Counted from the stretch's first letter, positions 50,285 to 61,744 are shown. The stretch: 64,000 nucleotides of DNA from an uncultured Planctomycetaceae bacterium (GCA_963815195.1 CAWFGE010000012.1:832001-896000), one strand, 5' to 3'. Translations and numbers: made by a program. The notes: a model not told the origin generated them from the letters alone.

Positions 50285-50890
50285 ATGAAGAAATCACTTT
50301 GGGGACTGGCCGCCTGGTTGCTGGTTGTCTCGTCTCTTTCCCTCCAAGCCGGCGAGAAGTTGTATCGGATTAAGCTGGCCTCATCGAAGGACGGCGTTTA
50401 CGGAAGGCCCGTGACCTATCAAGAGGTCCTGCCCGCGCCGGCCCCGCTCGAAGCTCCCGGAACCGTGCAAGTCCCGCCTGTCCCGCCGCCGGCGGATCCC
50501 CCGCGCGGAATCCAACCCGTTCCGGAATATGTGCCGGCGCCGGCTCCTCCCAGTGCGCTTCAACCCATGCCGGAATACGTCCCGCAGCGACCGGTCGAAA
50601 CCTATCAGACGGTCGAGCTTTATCCGTACGTCAAATACGAAGACTTGGACAACGTGCACCCCTTCGCGATGAAAAAAATCGTGGCGGTCAAAGACCCGCG
50701 GGCCCCCAAGCCGCTCTGCGGCACCTGCGCTCCGCCGAGCGTGTTCATTATGATCTGCGTCCCGCCCACCGGCCGGTTTGAGTTCGACGTCAAGCGGAAA
50801 GACTACAGCAAAGTCGAATACGACTACGGCAAATACGAAATCGAAATCACGTCCAAGAACGGCATCGTGTATGTCGACTACGATGATTAA
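50285..50890 (+). CDS. Secreted Pro-rich hypothetical protein
   Basis: RBS GAGG, signal peptide, QPxPEYVP repeat, C-terminal VKYED..HP...VFIMICVP...YDYGKYEIEI..VDYDD. Confidence 0.75.
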   Translation: MKKSLWGLAAWLLVVSSLSLQAGEKLYRIKLASSKDGVYGRPVTYQEVLPAPAPLEAPGTVQVPPVPPPADPPRGIQPVPEYVPAPAPPSALQPMPEYVPQRPVETYQTVELYPYVKYEDLDNVHPFAMKKIVAVKDPRAPKPLCGTCAPPSVFIMICVPPTGRFEFDVKRKDYSKVEYDYGKYEIEITSKNGIVYVDYDD

Positions 50891-50912
50891 GTAAAGAAAT
50901 GAGGGCTCGGCG

Positions 50913-51037
50913 AATCGGGGGGTGGACGCGGATGATCTTTTTGTGTGACGATCACTGATGGATTTCACCTCGCCTTCGGGGAGGTGCAAGAGCTCGCACA
51001 AGATATTCTTTCACACCGTCGTCGTTGCCCCCTGATT
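50913..51037. ncRNA. Candidate rod-shaped structured RNA
   Basis: Nested stems 50913-50923/51027-51037, 50925-50931/51016-51023 and 50939-50948/50994-51003; apical CACCTCGCC-TTCG-GGGAGGTG. Confidence 0.35.
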
Positions 51038-51050
51038 ATCCAGACAAACC

Positions 51051-51084
51051 AAAAAGAGCACCCGGCAACGGTTGCTCTTTTTTT
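51051..51084 (+). terminator. Rho-independent terminator (potentially bidirectional)
   Basis: AAAAAGAGCA...TGCTCTTTTTTT. Confidence 0.75.
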
Positions 51085-51172
51085 GTTGCGCCGTGACGCA
51101 AAAACCTACTCGCCCGTGCGGGAATCTGACATAATGGGGCCGGCACTTTCATTATCTTTGGGAGGTTGACCG

Positions 51173-52414
51173 ATGCGATACGCTCCGCGACGACTGCTGG
51201 CCCTCGTCCTCTGCCTCGTGTTCGCAGCCGGCGTGAGCCCGGCTTTCGGAGCAGGCAAAATCATTCCCAGCGGTCCCGGAAAAACCGTCGCCCGCTGCGG
51301 GAAAGGCTGGTTGGAGACGATCAACAACTACAAGGTGCTGCATCTCAGAGGCACGCCTTACGAGATGGGCTATCAGCACGGGGCGCTTCTCAAGGACTCC
51401 GTTAAACAGAACCTGGAGTACATGATCAATGTCCGCGGCGACAAGCCGCTCGCCACCGTGGCGGGCGTAGACGTCAAACCGGCCGTGCTCATCCGCAGCA
51501 TCATCGCCATCCAGAAGCCCTATGTTCCCAAGATATATTTCGAGGAACTCGAGGGCCTCTCCGACGCCTCCGGGCTGGATTTGGATTTGGTGCGGGTGGG
51601 GAATTTCATTCCCGAGCTGTTCCATTGCAGCGGGTTTGCGGTGATGAACTCCGCCACGAAGGACGGCACGCTGTATCACGGCCGGGTCCTGGATTATGCG
51701 ATCGATTGGAAACTCCAGGAACACGCCGTGGTCATCGTCGCGGAACCCGACGGCGGGATTCCGTTCGTCAACGTGACCTACGCCGGCTTCATCGGTTCGG
51801 TCACCGGCATGAACGCCCGGCAGGTGTCCATCGGCGAGATGGGCGGCGGGGGACAAGGGCATTGGGGCGGCGTGCCAATGTCGTTTCTGGTGCGGGAAGT
51901 GCTCTCCTCCGCGAAGACGCTGGACGAAGCGATCGCGGTCTTCAAAGACAACCCCCGCACCTGCCAGTATTTCTACGTCGTCGCCGACGCCAAGACCAAC
52001 CGGGCCGTGGGCATGGAAGCCTCGTGGGACAAGGTGCAGATCGTCGAGCCGGGCACCGCCCATCCGCTGCTCCCAAAACCCGTGAAAGACTGCGCTCTGT
52101 TGTCCGCCGGCAGCCGGTACGAGGAACTCGTCAAGCGGGCCGAATCGGAACACGGCCGGCTCGATGTGCAGTCCGCGCTTGAACTGATGGACCGCCCCGT
52201 CGCGATGAAATCCAACCTGCACAACGTGCTGTTCGAGCCGAAGACAACACGGTTCTGGGTCGCGAACGCCAGCCCGGACAAACAGCCCGCCGCGTCGCAG
52301 CCGTATTATCAGTTCCAACTCACGGACCTCTTAAGCCGCCGTCCCGCGGAGGATTCGCCCGTCCTCCCGCCGCCGAAACCCCAAGCCCCCGCGACCACCG
52401 CACGCAACGAGTAG
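51173..52414 (+). CDS. Secreted peptidase C45 family Ntn-hydrolase
   Basis: LRGTPYEMGYQHG, autoproteolysis site FH-CSGF, HGRVLDY, TGMN. Confidence 0.85.
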   Translation: MRYAPRRLLALVLCLVFAAGVSPAFGAGKIIPSGPGKTVARCGKGWLETINNYKVLHLRGTPYEMGYQHGALLKDSVKQNLEYMINVRGDKPLATVAGVDVKPAVLIRSIIAIQKPYVPKIYFEELEGLSDASGLDLDLVRVGNFIPELFHCSGFAVMNSATKDGTLYHGRVLDYAIDWKLQEHAVVIVAEPDGGIPFVNVTYAGFIGSVTGMNARQVSIGEMGGGGQGHWGGVPMSFLVREVLSSAKTLDEAIAVFKDNPRTCQYFYVVADAKTNRAVGMEASWDKVQIVEPGTAHPLLPKPVKDCALLSAGSRYEELVKRAESEHGRLDVQSALELMDRPVAMKSNLHNVLFEPKTTRFWVANASPDKQPAASQPYYQFQLTDLLSRRPAEDSPVLPPPKPQAPATTARNE

Positions 52415-52432
52415 CCCGTTCCGCGAAAGACA

Positions 52433-52708
52433 TCAGCGGAGCGGTTCGTCCCAGCGGCTGGCGTCTTGAAAGAAGATGTCCAAGTGCTTGGCGTTCAAGC
52501 GGAACTGCCGGATGGATGCGAGAATCTCGCCCGCAAGGCCGGCTTGGGATTCGGCTGCTTCCGGACCCACGGCTTTCGCCCACCGCTCGTCCACGCGGTG
52601 GCAAAAACACAACCGGCTGCCGTCGCCGAGTCGGAGCACGGCTTCGGTGAAATCATCGTTCACCTGGGCCGACGAAACGGCGTCTTTCAATTGCTCGGCC
52701 CAGGTCAT
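52433..52708 (-). CDS. Hypothetical protein (91 aa)
   Basis: ATGA overlap with the opine dehydrogenase stop; MTWAEQLKDA...FRLNAKHLDIFF. Confidence 0.6.
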   Translation of the reverse strand: MTWAEQLKDAVSSAQVNDDFTEAVLRLGDGSRLCFCHRVDERWAKAVGPEAAESQAGLAGEILASIRQFRLNAKHLDIFFQDASRWDEPLR

Positions 52709-53802
52709 GGAAGCTCGCCCGTATGCAGGTAGGTTCGCAGATCCATTTTGCTCAGTCCGGCGATGCCCAAATGCTCCGGCGTGCGTGCGGAGTTCCAAAA
52801 CGGAATGCCAAGCATCGCGGAGTTGAGTTCAATGAGCGAACGCATGACCGGGCAGGCGACGCCGAACTGTTCGCCCAACAATGTCCACGCCGCCAGTCCG
52901 TAGGGCACATCTTCCGTGAGCCAGCGGGTGTCGAGTTTTCCGGGGGCTTTGAGCTGCGTGAGCATTCGGCTGCCGTTGATCGCCGCCCACAAATCGCCCT
53001 GGGGTCCAAACCCCGCCGCATGAAACGCCACATCGACCGCGGGCAGGGTTTGATTAAACGCCTTTGCAATCGCCAGCCGCTCGCGGTCCACCGCATAGAT
53101 CAGCTTGCAAACCCCCGGCGTGACGCCTTCCTCATAGAAATAAAAGTCGCCGCGCGAGTATTCGATCCGCCCGGCATTTAATAAGACTCCCGCCGGGTGC
53201 ACGACGGGATTCATCGCCGCCAACCCGCAGGCGAGGACGTCTTGATAGCTCTTAAGGCCCGGAAACCAGTACTCCAACAGCCGCTGCACCCGCTCCGTTT
53301 GGGTCGCGGGAAACACGCCCAAGCCCAACCCGTTCACAATGCCCCAAATGTGGGCCGAGGTGGGCGAGAGCTTTCGGCAGACATAGGGAGCGGTATCGAC
53401 TTCCGCGATCGTCACGTCCTTGGGGGCACCGGCTTCGCGGACGATGCGGGTGAACTCCAGACTCCCCAACGTGCCGGGCATCAACACCACCGTCTGCCCG
53501 GATCGCAAATGCGGCGCGCACGCCTCGGCGAACGCGCGATGTCCATAGGCCGGGATAATCAACAAGGCGAGATCGGTGCTTGCGAGCGCCTCGGCGAAGT
53601 CCATCGTGACCTTGGCGAGCTTCGCGGTGCCCGTGTTCGCAACGCCGGTGAGTTCGATTTCGCGAGCCTCGCGGATGGGTCGGGTCATGTGCTCGAAGCC
53701 GGCGATCTCGCAGAGTGTCACCTCCGCCCCGGCGAGTTGCAGATTCGCCGCGACCGCAAAGGCCGTATTTCCGCCGCCCAGCACCGTGAGAGATTTCACC
53801 AT
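52705..53802 (-). CDS. NAD/NADP opine (octopine/nopaline) dehydrogenase family protein
   Basis: VLGGGNTA, TAPYVCR, NPVVHP, FYFYEEG, VDRERLAIA, RWLTEDVPYGL. Confidence 0.88.
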   Translation of the reverse strand: MVKSLTVLGGGNTAFAVAANLQLAGAEVTLCEIAGFEHMTRPIREAREIELTGVANTGTAKLAKVTMDFAEALASTDLALLIIPAYGHRAFAEACAPHLRSGQTVVLMPGTLGSLEFTRIVREAGAPKDVTIAEVDTAPYVCRKLSPTSAHIWGIVNGLGLGVFPATQTERVQRLLEYWFPGLKSYQDVLACGLAAMNPVVHPAGVLLNAGRIEYSRGDFYFYEEGVTPGVCKLIYAVDRERLAIAKAFNQTLPAVDVAFHAAGFGPQGDLWAAINGSRMLTQLKAPGKLDTRWLTEDVPYGLAAWTLLGEQFGVACPVMRSLIELNSAMLGIPFWNSARTPEHLGIAGLSKMDLRTYLHTGELP

Positions 53803-56800
53803 CAGCCACCGCCTTGATAGAGTTCTTCGATCAGCGTTCGCAATTCGGGGTTTTGTATCTGCTTTTGTGTCTGGAAGCAGAGTTTCACCACATCGCGGCC
53901 GTCGTTGTGTTTGCTGATTTCGCGGTCCATGCCCACGTTTAACACCCGGCCCAGCGGAACGCTCCCCGGCTCACAGTATAGATAAAGCTCGACGGCTTTG
54001 GGGCGTTTGCTGTGGACGGTCGCGAAGACGCCGCCGTCGGTTTTGAAATTCACCAGCACCTTGCCGCCCCATTCGGGCTGGGCGTTCGGCGCGGCGTCGG
54101 CCAATAAATCGAACAGCGTTTCCAAGACCGCGGCGTCCCAGCGGACTTTGCCTTTCAGAAACCCCTTCTTGGAGAGGTGCCATTTCTTGCCGAGGACTTT
54201 CCAGGGCGTCAAATCGTCGGGGTTGAGCTTCGCGGTGTGGATTTGCTTGAGGAACCCTTCGCGGGCTTCGCTCAAAAATGTTTTGAACGCCGGTGTGTCG
54301 ATGTCTTTCTTCCAATGCACGCTGATCGTAATTTCCTGCCAGGGGCCTTTGAGGTTTTTTACGCGGACCCGCTCGCCCCGGCCGTAGATGGGGATCTCCT
54401 CGAGATCGTCCACCGGCGTCAGCGCGAGCCGGCTTTGGAGTTCGCTTCGGTTAAAGGTGTTTTTCTTCACGCGGAACTTGAGCGACAACAGCCACTCATC
54501 CCCCGTGAGCGCGTGCAAAAACCAGCCGCCCTGTTTTTCCCGGCCCATAACTTCCACGACCGAGCGGCTGTTCCAATTCGCCTCGGCGAAGCGGTCGTCC
54601 GTTTCCAGTTCATCGATCACAAAGCCGAGGGCTTCGCCTTCCCACTTCGCAGCGTTGCCGTTGTGGGCCACGCGGTCTTCCGTGTGCCATTTTCGGCCCT
54701 CGGTCTGCCAGGGCATCATCGCGCCTTCGGCGACCTGCTTGAGGTCCAGGTCGCCTTGCTGCTTCTTTCTCGCGGCTTTCGCGTTGAAGACTTCCCGCTC
54801 CTCGCGAATGCCGTGCGCCAAGACAGGAGCTAGCATTTCGCCGGTGTGCGAGCGAAACGGGGGTTTGAGTTCGTTCGCATGACCAGGGGGCTTAGGCGGG
54901 CACCGACCGTAAGTTGGTCCGCTCGCCTTTGCATAATCGACGACATCCTCCGGGGTGCCTTCGGTGACGATCCAACCGCCGCCGATGCCCGCTTCGGGAC
55001 CGAGATCGATAATCCAGTCGGCGGTTTTGATCACATCGAGGTTATGCTCGATGACGACCACGGTGTTCCCCAACTCGACGAGGCTGTTGAGGACTTTCAA
55101 AAGCTTGGCGATGTCGTCGAAGTGCAGGCCGGTGGTCGGTTCATCGAGAACGTACAAGGTGCGGCCGGTGTTGGGGCGGGCCAACTCGGCGGCGAGCTTC
55201 ACGCGCTGGGCTTCGCCTCCGGAGAGCGTGGGCGCGGACTGGCCCAAGGTGAGGTAATCGAGGCCGATCGCCGAGAGCGTGGCCAGATAGCCGCGGATCT
55301 TCGGAATGTTCTCGAAGAGATCAAGGGCCTTGCCGATGGGCATTTCGAGCACGTCGGCGATGCTGTGGCCGCGGTATTTCACCGTAAGCGTTTCGTGGTT
55401 GTAGCGTTTGCCCCGGCAGGTGTCGCACTCGACCCACACATCCGGCAGGAAGTGCATTTCGATGCACTTTTGCCCGTTGCCTTCGCAGTCTTCGCAGCGT
55501 CCGCCTTTGCGGTTGAAGCTGAACCGGGCCGGGCGGTAGCCGCGGACGCGGGCTTCGGGCAGTTGGGCGAACAGATCGCGAATGTGATCGAACACGCCCA
55601 CGTAAGTCGCCGGGTTGGACGCGGGCGTATTGCCCAAAGGCTGCTGGTCCACGCGAATGATCTTGTTGATATATTCCAGCCCCAACAGCTCATCAAAGGG
55701 CGCGGGCTGATCGTGCGAACGGTGCAGCTGCCGGGCGACGGCTTTCGCGAGCGTGTCCTCGACGAGGGTGCTTTTTCCGGACCCGGAAACGCCGGTGATG
55801 CAGGTGAAAGTTCCCAGAGGAATTCGCAAGTCGACGTCCCGCAGGTTATGCTGCCGGGCCCCGATCAGTTCGAGCCAGAGTTGGTTGCCGGTGGGTTGTT
55901 GTGTGGGATCGTGGGTTTCTGGTTTTTGGGAATGATCATGGGGCTTACGGGGGCACCGACCGGAGGTTGGTCCGCTCGCCTTGGAATCCATTCTGCGGGA
56001 AACGGGAATCGGGATTGCCTTCTGATCGCCGAGGTACTGCCCCGTGAGCGATGTGTTCCGTTTCGCGAGTTGCTTGGGGGTGCCTTCGTCGACGATGGTG
56101 CCGCCGAGCCGGCCGGCGCCGGGGCCGAAGTCGTACAAGCGGTCGGAGGCTTCGAGCACTTCGCGGTCGTGCTCGACCAGGACCAGCGTGTTGCCCAGGT
56201 CGCGGAGTTTTTTGAGGGCTTTTAAGAGGCGGTTGTTGTCGCGCGGGTGCAGGCCGATGGTGGGTTCATCCAGCACGTAGAGGACGCCGGTGAGCGCGCG
56301 GCCGATTTGACCGGCGAGGCGAATTCGCTGGCTCTCGCCGCCGGAAAGCGTGGGCAGCGGCCGGGAGAGCGTGACGTATTCCAAGCCGACGTCGACCAGA
56401 AACGACAATCGGCTCGTGGCTTCGGTGAGCAGATCGCCCGCGACTTTTTTCTCCGATTTGCCGAGCTTGGCAGTCTTGAGAAACGCGAGCGCCTCGTCCA
56501 ACGGGAGTTCGCAGAGCTGCCCCAAAGTCTTTCCTTGAAACCGCATAGCGGCCGCGTCTTCGCGGAGCCGGCTTCCGCTGCACGCCATGCACGGGACTTC
56601 GCCCGTCAAATCTTTGAGCCGCTGCCGATAGATGTAGGACACCCGCGCGGCTTCTTCAATCGCGGGGAACAGGCCTTTGAATTGGAATTTCAAACCGCTT
56701 CCCAAGCCGTCGCCTTGGGCGACGGAACCGACGACGGAGTCGTCGGCTTGGGGAAGTGAGATCGCAAACCATCGCTCGCCGGTGCCTTGGAGGATCGCCC

Positions 56801-59800
56801 GCTGATGCACGGCATCGAGTTGATTGAACGGCACATCCAGCGGGAGATGCAGATCATTCGCCATTGCCGCGAGCATTTGATTGAAGACGGCGTTATGATC
56901 CGGGTCGGGAAGGGCCGTGAGCGCGCCATCGGCGAGCGAACGATGCGGATGCGAAATCAGGGCGGAAAGATCCGTGCCTTGTTGAACTCCCAACCCTTCG
57001 CAAGACGGACACCAGCCGAGATAGCTGTTGAACGAAAAGTTGTGCGGCGAGAGTTCCTCGAAGCTCCGCCCGCATTGGCCGCAGGCATACATCAGACTGA
57101 AGTTCTCGGTTCGCCAATCGGTTTCGGGGCGGTCGTCATCGCAGTGGGCGACGCGAATCATGCCCTGTCCCAGTTCGAACGCGGCTTCGACCGAATCCGC
57201 CAGCCGGCCCCGGCCGTTCGCTCGCACGGTCACGCGGTCCATGACCACATCGACCTCGTGCTTCCGCCGGCGGTCCATGTTGGGGACATCCTCCAAGCGG
57301 TAGGTCTCGCCGTTGATCCGCACCCGCAAAAGCCCTTGCGATTTCAGGCGTTCCCAAAGCTGCTCGTACTTGTGGCCGACGCGGACTTCCTGCGGGGCGA
57401 GAATCAAGAGCCGGCTGCCCTCATCCAGGCTCATCAGCTTGTCGATGACTTCATCGGTCGTCTGGGTTTCGATGGGGATGTTGCAATCGGGGCAATAGGG
57501 CGTGCCCAGGCGGGCGAACAGAATGCGGAGGTAATCGTAAATCTCCGTGACCGTGCCCACGGTGGAACGCGGCGTGTGGCCCACGGTTTTTTGCTCGATG
57601 GCGATCGCCGGGGAGAGGCCGTGGATATGCTCGACGCGGGGCTTGGGCATCTGGCCCAAAAACTGCCGGGCGTAGGCGGAGAGGGATTCCACATACCGGC
57701 GTTGGCCCTCGGCGTAGAGCGTATCCATCGCCAGCGAGCTTTTCCCGGACCCGCTGGGCCCGCAGAACACGCTCATCTTGTCGCGGGGGATGGTGACATC
57801 GAGATGCTGGAGATTGTGCTGAGCCGCGCCGCGGACGACGATTTGTTTGGTATGTCCGTTGTCCCTTTTTCCGTGTCCGTTGGTCTGGGCGTGGCCGTTG
57901 GACTGCGATTTCGTCTTGCGTTTGATGCCCAGGATGTCCGCAAGCGCGGCTCCGGTGTGGGACGGTTCAGAGCGGGCGATGTCTTCGGGCGTGCCTTCCG
58001 CGACCAAGCTGCCTCCGCCTTCGCCGCCTTCGGGACCGAGATCGATCACCCAATCGGCGGTTTTGATGACGTCCAGGTTATGCTCCACGACGAGCACCGT
58101 GTTCCCGGCCTCGACGAAACCGTGCAAAACTTCTAAGAGCTTTTGGATATCCGCAAAGTGCAAACCAGTGGTGGGTTCATCGAGGAGATAGATCGTCCGG
58201 CCGGTGGAGCGTTTGCCGAGTTCGCGGGCGAGCTTGATCCGCTGGGCTTCGCCCCCGGAGAGCGTGGGCGACGGTTGGCCGAGCTTGAGGTAATCGAGGC
58301 CCACATCGTGCAGGGTTTGCAGGAGCCGGTGGATTTTGGGGATGTTCTCGAAATGGATCAGGGCTTCCTGCACGTCCATGTTGAGGATTTCGGCGATGTT
58401 CTTGCCTTTGTAGCGGACTTCCAATGTCTCGCGATTGAACCGCCGGCCTTCGCAGACTTCGCACGTCACCCACACATCGGCCAGAAAGTCCATCTCCAGT
58501 TTTTTCGAGCCGTAGCCTTCGCAGGCTTCGCAGCGGCCGCTCGGAACGTTGAAGCTGAACCGCCCCGGCTTGTAGCCCCGCATCCGCGACTCGGGCAGAT
58601 GCGTAAACAGGGTGCGGATCTCGTCGAAGAGTTTGACATAGGTCGCGGGGTTGCTGCGGGGCGTGCGGCCGATGGGCGACTGATCGATGTCGATAGCTTT
58701 GTCAAGATTCTTCAGCCCGTTGATGCGGGCGTGCTTGCCGGGCGAGCCGTGGCCGCGGTTGAGATCGCGGTTTAGAGTTTCCCAGAGGATGTCGTTGACG
58801 AGCGAGCTTTTGCCGGAGCCGCTCACGCCGGTGACGCAGACGAACAAGCCCAGCGGGAAGCGAACATCGATGTCCTTGAGGTTGTTGTGCTTGGCCCCTT
58901 TGATGGTGACGGCTTGTTTGCCGGGGGCTCGGCGTTTTTGAGGAATTTCGATTCGCTTTTTGCCGGAGAGATATTGCCCGGTCAGGCTGCGTTTGGATTT
59001 GAGGATTTTGGACAGCGAGCCGCTCGCGACGACCTCGCCGCCGCGCACGCCGGGACCGGGGCCGAAATCGACGATGTGATCCGCGGCCCGCATCGTGTCT
59101 TCATCGTGTTCGACGACGATGACCGTGTTGCCCTGGTCGCGGAGGTCTTGCAGGCTTTCTAAGAGGAGGGCGTTATCCCGCGGGTGCAGGCCGATGGAAG
59201 GTTCATCGAGAATGTAAACCACACCGACGAGTCCGCAGCCGATCTGACCGGCGAGGCGGATTCGCTGGGTCTCGCCGCCGGAGAGCGTGGGGGCGGTGCG
59301 GTCGAGGGCCAGGTAATCCAAACCGCAGCGGAGGAGAAACCCCAGCCGGCCGCGGATTTCCTTGAGGGCTTCCTCGGCGATGTGGAAGGCGGTGGGACCG
59401 AGTTCCAAGGCTTCAAAAAACTCCGCCGCCTCGCGAATGCTCAGCGCGCACACATCCGGCAGCGACCGCGACAGCGGTTTGCCTCGCCCGGCGAATGCCT
59501 GGCTTTTCGTGGTCAAACGGACGTGCCGGGCTTGGGAATTCAATCGGCCGCCCTGGCAGGCGGAGCAGCCGGCGAAGTCCATGTATTTTTCAAGCTGCCT
59601 GCGGCGCATGGGGTTCTTGGCTTTGCGGTAGCCTTCGAGCAGCTCGTTGATGTAGCCTTCCCAAAGCCCTCCATGCTTCCAGACGCCGCCGGAATGCCCC
59701 CAGGAAAAGGTGATGTGCCGGTCCCCGGTGCCGTAGAGGAATTTGTGCTTGGCTTCTTTAGGCAGGTCCTTCCAGGGCGTTTTGAGCAAACTGCCCTCGG

Positions 59801-60884
59801 CCATCTCTAAGTCTTTTTCGATGGCGTCGGCGACGCCGCGGTAGATGTGCTTTCGCCAGCGGCCCACTTCGCGGAATTTGCCTAAGAGTTCAATCGCCCC
59901 GCCGTGGATGGACAGTTTGTCGTCGGGGATCAATCGTTCCAACAGAAACTCGTGCCGCATCCCCAGGCCGTTACAGTCCAGGCACATGCCGAGGGGGCTA
60001 TTGAAACTGAACAGCTGCGGGCTGGGCGGTTCGTAGCTCAGTTGGCATGTTGGGCAGGAATAGTGTGCGGAATAAAGCTGATCGTTGGGGGCGGATTGTT
60101 CATTTTGCTGGGGAAACTCTTCTGGAACGTCCGACGTGACCGGGGGGCTTACACCCCCCGCTCGCCCTTCTTGGCTGACAAGTAAAGTGCCGCCGCTGAG
60201 TTTCAGTGCGGATTCCACGGCTTCCGCGAGCCGCTGCCGGCTGGTTTTGCCGGCGGCGAGGCGGTCGATGATCACGTCGATCGTGTGCCGCATCTGGCGG
60301 TCGAGCTGCAGGTTGTCCGTGAGTTGGACGGTTTCGCCGTCGACCCTGGCCCGCAGGAAGCCCTGCTTGAGCAGATCGTCAAACAGGTCGCGGAACTCGC
60401 CTTTTTGCTGGCGGACCACGGGAGCGAGAATCTGGTATTTCGTGCCCTCCGGAAGCGAGGCGATGCTTTCGATGATCTGCTCGCTGGTCTGGGCGGTGAT
60501 GGCTTCGCCGCAGCGGTGGCAAAACCCCTGTCCGACTCTCGCGAACAGCACGCGGAGGTAATCGTAGATTTCGGTGATCGTCCCCACGGTGCTGCGGGGG
60601 TTGCGGCCGCTGGTTTTTTGTTGGATGGAGATCGATGGAGCCAACCCGCTGACGGCGTCCACCTCGGGCTTGGGCATCTGCCCCAAAAACTGGCGGGCGT
60701 AGCTGGACAGGGACTCGACATACCGGCGTTGGCCCTCGGCGTAGAGCGTATCGAACGCCAGCGAGCTTTTGCCGGAGCCGCTCACGCCGGTCATGCAAAT
60801 CAGCTTATTTTTGGGAAGTTTCAGCGAGACATCCCGCAAGTTGTGTTCGCGGGCACCCCGAATGACGATGTCGGATTGAGGCAT
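53802..60884 (-). CDS. uvrA: Excinuclease ABC subunit A, tandem double-length form with C-terminal extension (2360 aa)
   Basis: Two complete UvrA units: four Walker A motifs ([16 protein letters not shown]), four LSGGE signatures and multiple Cys zinc sites. Confidence 0.97.
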   Translation of the reverse strand: MPQSDIVIRGAREHNLRDVSLKLPKNKLICMTGVSGSGKSSLAFDTLYAEGQRRYVESLSSYARQFLGQMPKPEVDAVSGLAPSISIQQKTSGRNPRSTVGTITEIYDYLRVLFARVGQGFCHRCGEAITAQTSEQIIESIASLPEGTKYQILAPVVRQQKGEFRDLFDDLLKQGFLRARVDGETVQLTDNLQLDRQMRHTIDVIIDRLAAGKTSRQRLAEAVESALKLSGGTLLVSQEGRAGGVSPPVTSDVPEEFPQQNEQSAPNDQLYSAHYSCPTCQLSYEPPSPQLFSFNSPLGMCLDCNGLGMRHEFLLERLIPDDKLSIHGGAIELLGKFREVGRWRKHIYRGVADAIEKDLEMAEGSLLKTPWKDLPKEAKHKFLYGTGDRHITFSWGHSGGVWKHGGLWEGYINELLEGYRKAKNPMRRRQLEKYMDFAGCSACQGGRLNSQARHVRLTTKSQAFAGRGKPLSRSLPDVCALSIREAAEFFEALELGPTAFHIAEEALKEIRGRLGFLLRCGLDYLALDRTAPTLSGGETQRIRLAGQIGCGLVGVVYILDEPSIGLHPRDNALLLESLQDLRDQGNTVIVVEHDEDTMRAADHIVDFGPGPGVRGGEVVASGSLSKILKSKRSLTGQYLSGKKRIEIPQKRRAPGKQAVTIKGAKHNNLKDIDVRFPLGLFVCVTGVSGSGKSSLVNDILWETLNRDLNRGHGSPGKHARINGLKNLDKAIDIDQSPIGRTPRSNPATYVKLFDEIRTLFTHLPESRMRGYKPGRFSFNVPSGRCEACEGYGSKKLEMDFLADVWVTCEVCEGRRFNRETLEVRYKGKNIAEILNMDVQEALIHFENIPKIHRLLQTLHDVGLDYLKLGQPSPTLSGGEAQRIKLARELGKRSTGRTIYLLDEPTTGLHFADIQKLLEVLHGFVEAGNTVLVVEHNLDVIKTADWVIDLGPEGGEGGGSLVAEGTPEDIARSEPSHTGAALADILGIKRKTKSQSNGHAQTNGHGKRDNGHTKQIVVRGAAQHNLQHLDVTIPRDKMSVFCGPSGSGKSSLAMDTLYAEGQRRYVESLSAYARQFLGQMPKPRVEHIHGLSPAIAIEQKTVGHTPRSTVGTVTEIYDYLRILFARLGTPYCPDCNIPIETQTTDEVIDKLMSLDEGSRLLILAPQEVRVGHKYEQLWERLKSQGLLRVRINGETYRLEDVPNMDRRRKHEVDVVMDRVTVRANGRGRLADSVEAAFELGQGMIRVAHCDDDRPETDWRTENFSLMYACGQCGRSFEELSPHNFSFNSYLGWCPSCEGLGVQQGTDLSALISHPHRSLADGALTALPDPDHNAVFNQMLAAMANDLHLPLDVPFNQLDAVHQRAILQGTGERWFAISLPQADDSVVGSVAQGDGLGSGLKFQFKGLFPAIEEAARVSYIYRQRLKDLTGEVPCMACSGSRLREDAAAMRFQGKTLGQLCELPLDEALAFLKTAKLGKSEKKVAGDLLTEATSRLSFLVDVGLEYVTLSRPLPTLSGGESQRIRLAGQIGRALTGVLYVLDEPTIGLHPRDNNRLLKALKKLRDLGNTLVLVEHDREVLEASDRLYDFGPGAGRLGGTIVDEGTPKQLAKRNTSLTGQYLGDQKAIPIPVSRRMDSKASGPTSGRCPRKPHDHSQKPETHDPTQQPTGNQLWLELIGARQHNLRDVDLRIPLGTFTCITGVSGSGKSTLVEDTLAKAVARQLHRSHDQPAPFDELLGLEYINKIIRVDQQPLGNTPASNPATYVGVFDHIRDLFAQLPEARVRGYRPARFSFNRKGGRCEDCEGNGQKCIEMHFLPDVWVECDTCRGKRYNHETLTVKYRGHSIADVLEMPIGKALDLFENIPKIRGYLATLSAIGLDYLTLGQSAPTLSGGEAQRVKLAAELARPNTGRTLYVLDEPTTGLHFDDIAKLLKVLNSLVELGNTVVVIEHNLDVIKTADWIIDLGPEAGIGGGWIVTEGTPEDVVDYAKASGPTYGRCPPKPPGHANELKPPFRSHTGEMLAPVLAHGIREEREVFNAKAARKKQQGDLDLKQVAEGAMMPWQTEGRKWHTEDRVAHNGNAAKWEGEALGFVIDELETDDRFAEANWNSRSVVEVMGREKQGGWFLHALTGDEWLLSLKFRVKKNTFNRSELQSRLALTPVDDLEEIPIYGRGERVRVKNLKGPWQEITISVHWKKDIDTPAFKTFLSEAREGFLKQIHTAKLNPDDLTPWKVLGKKWHLSKKGFLKGKVRWDAAVLETLFDLLADAAPNAQPEWGGKVLVNFKTDGGVFATVHSKRPKAVELYLYCEPGSVPLGRVLNVGMDREISKHNDGRDVVKLCFQTQKQIQNPELRTLIEELYQGGG
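54882..54927 (-). repeat. REP-like long form, in frame within uvrA
   Basis: GGCGAGCGGACCAACTTACGGTCGGTGCCCGCCTAAGCCCCCTGGT encodes [15 protein letters not shown]. Confidence 0.85.
55935..55980 (-). repeat. REP-like long form, in frame within uvrA
   Basis: GGCGAGCGGACCAACCTCCGGTCGGTGCCCCCGTAAGCCCCATGAT encodes [15 protein letters not shown]. Confidence 0.85.
60139..60166 (-). repeat. REP-like short form, in frame within uvrA
   Basis: GGCGAGCGGGGGGTGTAAGCCCCCCGGT encodes [10 protein letters not shown]. Confidence 0.82.
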
Positions 60885-61318
60885 GGAGGATAGGTCAAGC
60901 CATCAGAATGACGGAAGGAATGACGCCTGGAGCGCACTGGGCAGACAAAGCATCAAAAGTATAGGTTTCCTCGTCACAGCGACAACTGAACGCGGCAAAA
61001 ATCGGACGGAGCGCCGCCCTTGCGAACGCGGAGAAAAATTCCTCGAAAAAACGGACATTCCAACGTCAATTCCGAACCGAAAGCGGCTCCTGGTTTTGCA
61101 GAGATCCGGCTGAGGAAATGTTGGGAAAATTTTTCGGGAAATTATCCGAGGGGCCGGTGTTGGGATTGTCCGATAAAACAGCCAAGGGTATAACAAACGC
61201 AACCGGAAGCTGAGAGAAACGGACTCTCAAACAAGAAACCTCCTCAGTGACAGACATCAACCCTCGGTCGGATGCCGATATTGGGACGTAGTGATCCGGT
61301 TCAGGTAACGGGTGAGTT

Positions 61319-61744
61319 ATGAGCGCTACACACGCCGTTGCGGCCTACGAGGTCGATGAGATGAGCCTTTACGAAGAGGCCCACGCCGAAGCCCTTAGAT
61401 ACAAGTGGATCGAGAGCCAAAAGCACGGCCGCGATCTGGGGGACTCGGCGATCCGCGACTGGTACCGCAAATACTGGCGGATCTACTGCCGCTTTTGCCG
61501 GCTGGAGCACGTCGAAGGCAACCGCCGCTGGCGGGAATTCGGCGACGACGACTTCGGCCATCTCTATGCCCTGATCGTCCAGGGCGATCTGTTGATGGAC
61601 CGGATTCTCGACCGCATCTATGCGGGGCACGAAAATCTCGACATCATCAACTGGGGCATGGACTGGGGACTCCCGATGGACCGCCTGGTGGACATCCTCA
61701 TCCGCATCGACGTAAACCGCGCCCGCCTCGACCATCCGTGGTAA
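61319..61744 (+). CDS. Conserved hypothetical protein with DUF4032-like motif
   Basis: EALRYKWIESQKHGRDLGDSAIRDW. Confidence 0.7.
   Translation: MSATHAVAAYEVDEMSLYEEAHAEALRYKWIESQKHGRDLGDSAIRDWYRKYWRIYCRFCRLEHVEGNRRWREFGDDDFGHLYALIVQGDLLMDRILDRIYAGHENLDIINWGMDWGLPMDRLVDILIRIDVNRARLDHPW

Noticed and set aside
50913..50962. T-box (GGTGG..CGCG) or hammerhead (CTGATG) motifs
   Set aside because: Both matches are incomplete and lack the required surrounding elements, and no amino-acid-related gene lies downstream.
53802..60884. Double-length UvrA as a misassembly or a novelty in itself
   Set aside because: The two halves are clearly diverged, and tandem UvrA is known in PVC bacteria.
60885..61318. 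ncRNA or LexA box in the long uvrA divergent intergenic region
   Set aside because: No convincing extended pairing or recognisable operator palindrome found by eye.
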